A stretch of 32,000 bases of DNA, from assembly GCF_000341895.1 (NCBI RefSeq), contig NC_020409.1, positions 2,250,001 through 2,282,000 of the forward strand, read 5' to 3'. The notes under the pieces are model-generated. The model did no database searches. It was not told the DNA's origin and worked only from the letters and a program-made list of their open reading frames with translations. This stretch comes from Pseudodesulfovibrio piezophilus C1TLV30. Lineage in GTDB: Bacteria; Desulfobacterota; Desulfovibrionia; Desulfovibrionales; Desulfovibrionaceae. Each line of letters starts with the position of its first letter. Position 1 is the first letter of the stretch. Shown here piece after piece: positions 8,100-14,807 of the stretch. The position numbers were made by a program, and so were the translations under genes.

Positions 8100-9215
8100 G
8101 TGAAAATCGCATTCTGCACCCCGTTCAAGCCCATAACCCACGCATCCGTTTCCGGTGATGTCACCATTGCCCGTGATCTGGTCGATACCTTCCGGGGCTT
8201 CGGACATACCGTCATACCTGTCGAATACTTCCCGGCACGAGGTATAGCCACTTCTCCATCCCGCTGGCCTGCCGCCATCAGAGCCATGCGTCGCATGACC
8301 GAACAGGCCCGCCAGGCTGATTGCTGGCTAACCTACGGTTCCTACTATAAAGTGCCTGACATTTTCGGCCCAACGGTTTCTGCCCGACTCGGCATCCCCT
8401 ACTGCCTCTTTCAAGCTTCCTATGCCAAAAACCGGGGTAAACACCTTGCATCCTGGCCGGGCTATGCCTTGAACAAGCGCGCCATGCTTCGCGCAGATCA
8501 CATCTTCTGCAACCGTGTCAACGACTTGCGCGGCTGCGCCAAGCTCAACCTCCCCGACGACAGGTACACCCACATCAAACCGGGGCTGCCGGACGACCTA
8601 TTCAGACGTGACCAGACAGCCCGCAGGCAGTGGCGGCAACAATGGCACGTTGACACAACCCCGGTCATCATGACTGCGGCCATGATGCGCTACGGCGTCA
8701 AGACCGAAGGGCTTCGCTGGGTCATCGAAAGTTGCGCGGAACTCATGGATGCGGGGCTGGATCTAAAACTCGTTATTGCGGGCGACGGGCCACGACGCAA
8801 TGAAATCGAGCCTCTCGCCCTAGACCGACTCGGCACCAACGTCACCTTCCTTGGCATGGTCGACAGAGCCGACTTACCCGGTGTGTTCAGCGCAGGCGAT
8901 ATTTTTGCCTTTCCCGGCCTTGAGGAAAGCGTGGGCATGGTCTATCTGGAAGCACAGCAATGTGGTCTGCCAGCCGTGGCCACGGACGATGAAGGCGCAC
9001 CCAATGTCATTCGTCATGAATATTCAGGACTAATCACGCCGGTTTCACGCCCGGCCTTTACCAAAGCCCTTGAACGTCTCGTCATGGACGCCCCGTTGCG
9101 CGAACAACTAGGCAGACAGGCTATGGCCTCAGTACGAAAATCCCACAACGCCGCCAATAATTACAAAAGGATGGAGCAGATCATGGAAGACATTGCGCTC
9201 CGGGAGAAAATATAA
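8100..9215 (+). CDS. glycosyltransferase family 4 (GT-B, group 1)
   Basis: VKIAFCTPFKP N-terminus and an E-x7-E motif (EESVGMVYLE) with GLPAVATDDEGAP. GTG 8100 is chosen as the start. The upstream part of track ORF 7887.. overlaps lysR and looks non-coding. Confidence 0.8.
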   Translation: MKIAFCTPFKPITHASVSGDVTIARDLVDTFRGFGHTVIPVEYFPARGIATSPSRWPAAIRAMRRMTEQARQADCWLTYGSYYKVPDIFGPTVSARLGIPYCLFQASYAKNRGKHLASWPGYALNKRAMLRADHIFCNRVNDLRGCAKLNLPDDRYTHIKPGLPDDLFRRDQTARRQWRQQWHVDTTPVIMTAAMMRYGVKTEGLRWVIESCAELMDAGLDLKLVIAGDGPRRNEIEPLALDRLGTNVTFLGMVDRADLPGVFSAGDIFAFPGLEESVGMVYLEAQQCGLPAVATDDEGAPNVIRHEYSGLITPVSRPAFTKALERLVMDAPLREQLGRQAMASVRKSHNAANNYKRMEQIMEDIALREKI

Positions 9216-9812
9216 ATGACCACTTTTTTCTGTATGAGACACGGCCAGACCGACTGGAACCAGGATAAACGAATCCAGGGGCACACCGATACGGAACTCA
9301 ATGAAACAGGACGCGAAATGGCTCGCCAATGGGGGAAAGCTCTTGCTGACAACTCGTTTGACTGCATTCTGACCAGCCCGCTCCTGCGCGCCTCGCTCAC
9401 CGCCGATCTCGTGAACGAGGCACTGGGCACCCTGCCTCTCCATACGGATGCCCGTCTCATGGAACAGGATTGGGGACAATGGACCGGTCTGACCAAGGCA
9501 GAGCTGGCCGAAATTCGCAAGCAAGTCAAAACACAGGAATACAAAGGTTTCGAATTCCGCCCACCCGCAGGAGAAAGCCGTAATGAAGTCCTTATGCGCG
9601 TCTGTGATGCCTTCTTGGAGTTCGCAGATGATCATGCCGGGAAAAAAGTCCTCGTGATCACCCACAACGGTGTGCTCAAAGTCCTGACTTACGCCTTATC
9701 CGGGCTGGACTTCATGCCCGATGACACTCCTCCCATTAAGCCCGGGTGTCTCCACCGAATCGAGAGCTTCGAAAATGAACTTGCCCTGGGCGAAATAAAC
9801 ATGGAGCTCTAA
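9216..9812 (+). CDS. histidine phosphatase (phosphoglycerate mutase-like) family protein
   Basis: The catalytic RHG motif is in MRHGQTDWN, and a later ITHNGVL stretch is present. The ATG abuts the GT4 stop (TAAATG). Confidence 0.9.
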   Translation: MTTFFCMRHGQTDWNQDKRIQGHTDTELNETGREMARQWGKALADNSFDCILTSPLLRASLTADLVNEALGTLPLHTDARLMEQDWGQWTGLTKAELAEIRKQVKTQEYKGFEFRPPAGESRNEVLMRVCDAFLEFADDHAGKKVLVITHNGVLKVLTYALSGLDFMPDDTPPIKPGCLHRIESFENELALGEINMEL

Positions 9813-11018
9813 ATGCGTATTGTTTTCTACTGTCAGCACGTCCTCGGAGTCGGCCATGTTTTCCGCAGCCTGGAGATCATCAAGGGACTCAAGGACCACG
9901 AGGTCATCATGGTTACAGGTGGAGCCGAAGTGGACTTTGATCCGCCTGCGCACATGACCCATATTCAACTGCCAGGCCTGATGATGACTCCGGACTTCAA
10001 GAATTTCATTCCCCTTGAGGAAGGCGTGACGGATGTGGAAGACGTGCTGACCCGCCGCCTGGCACAGTTCAAGGAAATCATGCGGAAATACAGGCCGGAT
10101 ATATTTCTGGTGGAACTTTTTCCCTTCGGGCGCAAAAAATTCCGATTCGAACTGCTCCCCATCCTGGAAGGCGTTGGCTTCAACTCATGGGGACCATGCA
10201 AGGCAGTCTGCTCCGTCCGTGACATCCTTGTGGAAAAGGACGACATGCAACGACAGGTCAACCGCGTTCACGCCATGCTCAATCCCAATTTCGACTGTGT
10301 GCTCGTACATTCCGACCCCGCCCTCGTCACCCTTGATGAAACCTTCCCCGGCGTCGAAGGCATCCGCCCCCCTGTCCACTACACAGGTTACGTGGCCCGC
10401 AAACCTGCGCCCGGAGCCGGAGCAGCGCTCAGGCAGGAGCTTGCTCTTGGCGACACCTCCCTGATCGTGGCCAGTGTCGGCGGCGGTCACATCGGCAGCA
10501 ACCTGCTTCAGGCAACCCTCGCTGCGTCGCCCCTGGTCAACCGCACCCATCCGCACCATCTCTGTATTTTTACCGGTCCCTATGCCACGGACAAGGACTT
10601 TGCCGAATATCAGGCCATTGCCGCCGATCACGATTGGATCACCGTCAAACGCTTTACCAAACGATTTCCGGACTACCTTGACGCTGCAGATCTTTCCATC
10701 TCCCTTGGCGGCTATAATACCACCATGAATCTACTCGCCACCGGGACTTACGGTCTCATGTACCCTTTCCTCCAAAATCGGGAACAACGCATGCGCACCA
10801 CCCGGCTCCAGGACCGCGGCATCGTCACCATGTTGCTGGATAACGACCTCGACTCAACCATCCTGGCCGGACACATAACCTCTGGCCTGGATCGCATTCC
10901 CCAGCCTCACGGGCTTTATCTCGATGGCGGTGAAAAAAGCGCCCGGATTCTGGAAGACCTGGTCCGCACGGACGGGAAGTATAAGGAGAAGGCGTCTACG
11001 ACACGATTCAGCGGATGA
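9813..11018 (+). CDS. MurG-like GT-B glycosyltransferase (COG4671-like)
   Basis: N-terminus MRIVFYCQHVLGVGHVFRSL and C-terminal SLGGYNTTMNLLATG resemble MurG/GT28-type sugar-nucleotide binding halves. The ATG abuts the previous stop (TAAATG). The last 11 codons lie inside repeat copy 1. Confidence 0.7.
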   Translation: MRIVFYCQHVLGVGHVFRSLEIIKGLKDHEVIMVTGGAEVDFDPPAHMTHIQLPGLMMTPDFKNFIPLEEGVTDVEDVLTRRLAQFKEIMRKYRPDIFLVELFPFGRKKFRFELLPILEGVGFNSWGPCKAVCSVRDILVEKDDMQRQVNRVHAMLNPNFDCVLVHSDPALVTLDETFPGVEGIRPPVHYTGYVARKPAPGAGAALRQELALGDTSLIVASVGGGHIGSNLLQATLAASPLVNRTHPHHLCIFTGPYATDKDFAEYQAIAADHDWITVKRFTKRFPDYLDAADLSISLGGYNTTMNLLATGTYGLMYPFLQNREQRMRTTRLQDRGIVTMLLDNDLDSTILAGHITSGLDRIPQPHGLYLDGGEKSARILEDLVRTDGKYKEKASTTRFSG

Positions 11019-11201
11019 TTTCGCCTCCGGCGGGCAAAGGAGCACGCCCCCTTTGCAAACCCTGTAGGGGAAAACTGCATGCCACTCCGGCTTGGGGTAA
11101 TATGACCATGCCAGTGTGCCTCCGTACTGTTCCGGTTCCCGGACAAAAGATATCCCAATCTCCACCTCATCTCATTGTGGTTTAAAGATACCAACGTCTT
11201 T
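10986..11201 (+). repeat. tandem direct repeat, copy 1 (216 bp)
   Basis: Aligns without gaps to 11228-11443 (period 242 bp). Over the 211-nt core there are 9 differences, all of them transitions. Covers the last 33 nt of the GT gene plus 183 nt downstream. Confidence 0.9.
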
Positions 11202-11227
11202 ACCATGCCCGATGGGGGGGGAATGGA

Positions 11228-11443
11228 GAGAAGGCGTCTACGACGCGATTCGGCAGATGATTTCGCCTCCGGCGGGCAAAGGGGCACACCCCCTTTGCAA
11301 ACCCTGTAGGGGAAAACTGCATGCCACTCCGGCTTGGGGTAATGTGACCATGCCAGTGTGCCTCCGTACTGTTCCGGTTCCCGGACAGAAGATATCCCAA
11401 TCTCCACCTCATCTCATTATGGTTTAAAGACACCAACGTCTTT
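11228..11443 (+). repeat. tandem direct repeat, copy 2 (216 bp)
   Basis: See copy 1. The 26-nt junction between the copies contains a G8 run (11214-11221). Confidence 0.9.
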
Positions 11444-11487
11444 GCAAGGGTGTAATGAATCAAAGAGCCTGAGCATCTTATTTCATA

Positions 11488-11516
11488 TTGACAACATTCC
11501 CCTTACGCAATATCAC
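11488..11516 (+). promoter_or_regulatory. candidate sigma-70 promoter of metF
   Basis: TTGACA (11488-11493), a 17-nt spacer, then TATCAC (11511-11516). It sits in an AT-rich stretch about 55 nt upstream of the metF ATG. Confidence 0.4.
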
Positions 11517-11570
11517 TACATCAAGATATTTTTATATAGTCAACCACACATGATCCCGAGGAGAGAGCCC

Positions 11571-12443
11571 ATGCATATTCCTGACATGATACAAGAGTTG
11601 GAACGACCATTTATTTCAGTGGAATTATTACCACCGAGACAGGATAGAGAGCAGAACGCATTTTGGAATGCGGTTGAAACAATGAAAACGATGAACCCGC
11701 TTTTCACGGCAGTGACCTGTGGTGCCGGAGGGTCGGGATCAATGGGAACGCTCAAGACTTCATGCGAATTGGTGCAAGGACATGGGCTGACCGTCATGCC
11801 ACATGTGACGTGTGTTCATTCACAATTAAGCGGCTTGAAACGCCACCTGGAGAACATTCAGATTGGTGGCATACGCAATGTCCTGGCAGTCCGTGGCGAC
11901 TACCCGGCAGGCGTGGAATCCGCTCCAGAGGGGTTACGGTATGCATCGGATCTGGTGGAACGGATAGGTGAACTTGCGCCGGATGTGGCAGTCGGTGTGG
12001 CTGCATACCCTGACGGACACCCGGAATCCAAATCAATACTGGAAGATATCAGGTTTCTCAAACACAAGCTGGATGCCGGTGCTGCATTTGGTGTGACACA
12101 ACTTTTTTTTGATAACCGCCGCTATTTTGATATGATCGACAGACTGGCCGCCATGGGGTGCAACAAACCGGTGATTCCTTCTATCCTGCCGGTTCGCAGC
12201 ATGGGCCAAATCAAACGGGTCATGGAACTGTGTGACGCGCCGGTTCCGGGAAAATTCCTGCATGCAATCGAAGCAGCCCATGCCAAGGGTGGCGATGACG
12301 CGGTCAAGGAATACGGTATTGGCATGGCGGCGGACCAAATATCGAGCCTACTGGAAAACGGTGCCCCCGGAGTCCATCTTTATCCATTCAATCGAGCTGA
12401 AATGTGCGTTGAAGTCATGCAGAGAGCCGGACTGGCGGCATAG
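11571..12443 (+). CDS. metF: 5,10-methylenetetrahydrofolate reductase
   Basis: FISVELLPPR...TAVTCGAGGS...MPHVTC...NVLAVRGDYP motifs typical of MetF. GAGGAGAG SD before ATG 11571. The upstream part of track ORF 11358.. runs through the repeat and is not coding. Confidence 0.9.
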   Translation: MHIPDMIQELERPFISVELLPPRQDREQNAFWNAVETMKTMNPLFTAVTCGAGGSGSMGTLKTSCELVQGHGLTVMPHVTCVHSQLSGLKRHLENIQIGGIRNVLAVRGDYPAGVESAPEGLRYASDLVERIGELAPDVAVGVAAYPDGHPESKSILEDIRFLKHKLDAGAAFGVTQLFFDNRRYFDMIDRLAAMGCNKPVIPSILPVRSMGQIKRVMELCDAPVPGKFLHAIEAAHAKGGDDAVKEYGIGMAADQISSLLENGAPGVHLYPFNRAEMCVEVMQRAGLAA

Positions 12444-12604
12444 AGGAACAATGGGAGCCAGTAGTATGGAAAAAACATCCCCCTCTGGAAGGCTGGAAAA
12501 ACTCAGAATCGAAATCGCCATATGGAGCAACAAAGGGAGAATTCTCTGGTCGGGCAGCGCGTCGCCCGGTTGCTCTCCCTGTGGCAAAAGGATACCCTGC
12601 GATC

Positions 12605-13333
12605 ATGCCAAAACTCGCTGTCATGTCCGATCCCCATGCCAACCTGGAAGCCCTGTCACGGGTATTTGCCGATATCGATGCACACGGCGTCGATGATGTC
12701 TTTTGCCTGGGCGATCTGATTGGATATGGCCCGCAACCACAGGAGTGTTGTGATCTGGTCCGGAAAAGGAATGTGACGCTTATCCAAGGCAACCATGAAC
12801 AGGGGCTGATCAATATCTACCACCTGAACGGTTTCAATCAACCGGCACGCGATGCCCTGCGCTGGACCCGCCAGGCCATCAGTGACGCAACCTACGAATG
12901 GCTTGTCTCCCACCCCAAAAGCCATGTGGCCTACGGATGCCGTTTTGTGCATGGCACCCCCCCGGATTCCGCCACACGGTATATATGGAAATACAAGGAC
13001 ACCATGGCAACTGTCTTTGCCGCCTATGCCGAGAAGATATGTTTTGTGGGTCACACACATGACCTGATGCGATTTACTTCGAAGAACGGCAAGGCTTCGA
13101 GTCCTCTTCTCCTTCCGGAAGGAGAGACCGTTCTGGAACCGGAAACCCGCCACCTGATCAATGTCGGGGCTGTCGGGCAACCTCGGGATGGAAACAACAA
13201 CGCCAAATACGTGCTCTATGATACGGACAAACACGCCGTTACCGTGCGTTTTATCCCGTATGACATTAAAAAAACGGCAGACCTCATCCGATCCCATGGA
13301 CTGCATCGCGCCTTTGCCGATCGACTCTGGTAA
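12605..13333 (+). CDS. metallophosphoesterase (calcineurin-like) family protein
   Basis: DPH, LGD-x2-GYG, GNHE and GHTH motifs in canonical order. ATG 12605 gives MPKLAVMSDPH. The start is uncertain (the track ORF begins at 12581). Confidence 0.85.
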   Translation: MPKLAVMSDPHANLEALSRVFADIDAHGVDDVFCLGDLIGYGPQPQECCDLVRKRNVTLIQGNHEQGLINIYHLNGFNQPARDALRWTRQAISDATYEWLVSHPKSHVAYGCRFVHGTPPDSATRYIWKYKDTMATVFAAYAEKICFVGHTHDLMRFTSKNGKASSPLLLPEGETVLEPETRHLINVGAVGQPRDGNNNAKYVLYDTDKHAVTVRFIPYDIKKTADLIRSHGLHRAFADRLW

Positions 13334-13408
13334 TTATGAATTACTCCTTCTCTCCTGCCTGCCAAGAGTATCGACCTCCCAAATAAAACCGTCTTTTATC
13401 TGCCTTCC

Positions 13409-13437
13409 TTGACACCCATACCCATGGTGGGTATGTC
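13409..13437 (+). promoter_or_regulatory. candidate sigma-70 promoter overlapping a CsoR-type dyad
   Basis: TTGACA (13409-13414), a 17-nt spacer, then TATGTC (13432-13437). Dyad 1 fills the spacer and overlaps the -10 element. Confidence 0.45.
13417..13435. promoter_or_regulatory. CsoR-type operator candidate 1 (ATACCC-N5-GGGTAT)
   Basis: cATACCCatggtGGGTATg is a perfect 8-bp inverted repeat. It shares identical half-sites with dyad 2. Confidence 0.5.
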
Positions 13438-13447
13438 TTTCCTCGTC

Positions 13448-13466
13448 GATACCCGTCATGGGTATC
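13448..13466. promoter_or_regulatory. CsoR-type operator candidate 2 (ATACCC-N5-GGGTAT)
   Basis: gATACCCgtcatGGGTATc is a perfect 7-bp inverted repeat. Its centre is 31 bp from the centre of dyad 1. Confidence 0.5.
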
Positions 13467-14176
13467 AATACCGCTGCATGAATAAGCAAAAAAAAGACGC
13501 ATACTCTGAGTCCTTCGGACACTTTGGCAAAAATGTCCCAAACGAACATCTCAAGAATATCACATGGGTGCTGAGAGCATCCCGAATAAAGCGACAGGGC
13601 GACTCGCCAGGCTGAGGGGCTGATGGCGGGTCGCCATTGTCTGTTTGCAGAAGATCATCGCCACTCTGCGGAACAGACGATTGACTCGAGAAGAGGGCAT
13701 ATGTACCGCCATAAGTCGAAAATGACACCATTCCTTGACGAAAAAGGCGTAGCCCCATATCACCCTTTTTCTCGCGAACTTCATTTTTCCTCATAAGTCA
13801 TCCGGGTCAGTTGCAGTTTATCGAGAGTGCCAGTAAGCTCCGCCGAACATTGCACGGTACATGATGCACGAATCGGGGCGCATCAACTGGGCAAGCCTGT
13901 TCGGACCGGACTGTTCGATGCGTGGAAATCGTCAGGGAAGAGCTGAAAGGCGAGGGGAAGCGGGGCGTTTATTAAGACCGGAGAAGGTGAGGGGAAGTGT
14001 TCCGCAGACTCCTGGGAGGCAGAGGATATTCCTATGTCTCATCCGGGGAAAGGGTCTGCATAGACGACTCATTTTGTGTTCACTGCCCGCTTTTTTGTGG
14101 GGAAAACAGACGACAGAGCATGCAATAGAACATCCTCTGCCAGCCACCCGAACCCATGCCATCCGAGGAGACGACC

Positions 14177-14470
14177 ATGGACCAAGACAGCAATGAAGTG
14201 GAACAGGAACAGATAAAAAAAAATGTTCTGTCCCGAATGAAACGCATTGAAGGACAAGTACGTGGCATCCAACGCATGATTGAAAGCGGCAAGGAATGCG
14301 AGGATATTCTCGTCCAGGTCAGGGCTGTTCGATCCGCCCTGCAGTCAGCCAACAAGCTGATCCTCAAACGGTATATGCTCAAATGCCATGCCGAGGCCTC
14401 GGAAGGAAACAGCCAGGAAGAATCCCTGGAAAAATTCATACAATTGCTGACCGGCTTTATTGAAGGCTAA
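14177..14470 (+). CDS. CsoR/RcnR/FrmR-family (DUF156) transcriptional repressor
   Basis: LSRMKRIEGQVRGIQRMIESGKECEDILVQVRAVRSALQSANKLILKRYMLKC aligns by eye along its length with M. tuberculosis CsoR. GAGGAG SD lies 6 nt before ATG 14177. Confidence 0.85.
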   Translation: MDQDSNEVEQEQIKKNVLSRMKRIEGQVRGIQRMIESGKECEDILVQVRAVRSALQSANKLILKRYMLKCHAEASEGNSQEESLEKFIQLLTGFIEG

Positions 14471-14493
14471 ACATCAGCTCCCTATACAAATCC

Positions 14494-14751
14494 ATGAAAT
14501 ATTTATTACTCACTTTGTTTCTCTTTATGCCCTTGCTCACAACGCCCTCCATGGCGGCCGAATCGAATACCAATTACAACGTTCGATTCGCTTCCCTGGA
14601 TGTGAATAGTGATGGCTTCATGGCAAAAAGCGAATTCATCGTCGCGTTTTCCAATGGCGATATGGCTGTCTTTGCCACTGCCGACAGCAATAAAGACGGC
14701 TCTGTTTCCCGTGAGGAATGGGAACGATTCAAAACAGAAAACAAATCATAA
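14494..14751 (+). CDS. secreted protein with two EF-hand calcium-binding loops
   Basis: Signal peptide MKYLLLTLFLFMPLLTTPSMA-AE. Two canonical 12-residue loops, DVNSDGFMAKSE and DSNKDGSVSREE. Confidence 0.8.
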   Translation: MKYLLLTLFLFMPLLTTPSMAAESNTNYNVRFASLDVNSDGFMAKSEFIVAFSNGDMAVFATADSNKDGSVSREEWERFKTENKS

Positions 14752-14807
14752 CTGTTTTGACAAACAAATCTTTCTGAAAGTTTCTCCTGTGTGGGCAGGC
14801 AAGACAA

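Noticed and set aside
10986-11443. Diversity-generating retroelement (variable repeat at a gene's 3' end plus a downstream template repeat)
   Set aside because: The geometry is superficially right, with a repeat at the 3' end of a CDS and a near-identical copy downstream. However, the 9 mismatches are not adenine-specific in either direction (copy 1 has A at 5 sites, G at 3 and T at 1). Only 33 nt lie inside the CDS, and no reverse transcriptase gene is in the window.
10986-11443. Tandem riboswitch (cobalamin, SAH, SAM, THF or ZTP) controlling metF
   Set aside because: On the minus strand GGGAACCGGAACAGTACGG and AAGCCGGAGTGGCATGC faintly recall the cobalamin core and the B12 box. They are on the wrong strand for metF, and neither matches the conserved positions. 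I could not fit any riboswitch consensus I know on the plus strand. Only a covariance-model scan (Rfam cmscan) could settle this.
13616-13760. tmRNA or tRNA-like RNA (GGGGCTGAT at 13616-13624, pairing with AGCCCC near 13751)
   Set aside because: The first 9 nt resemble a tmRNA 5' end. But the closing stem encloses only about 140 nt, there is no TTCGA-type T-loop (the candidate loop is GACGAAA on a 4-bp stem), there is no CCA end, and there is no tag reading frame.
13465-14196. Track ORFs inside the long gap (13465-13794 minus, 13560-13784 minus, 13409-13615 plus, 13861-14196 plus) as real genes
   Set aside because: The translations are Arg/Ser/Gly/Pro-rich with no motifs, they overlap one another, and most lack a convincing SD. 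The 13560-13784 ORF has a GAGGA only 3-4 nt from its ATG. They are kept only as part of the finding about the non-coding gap.
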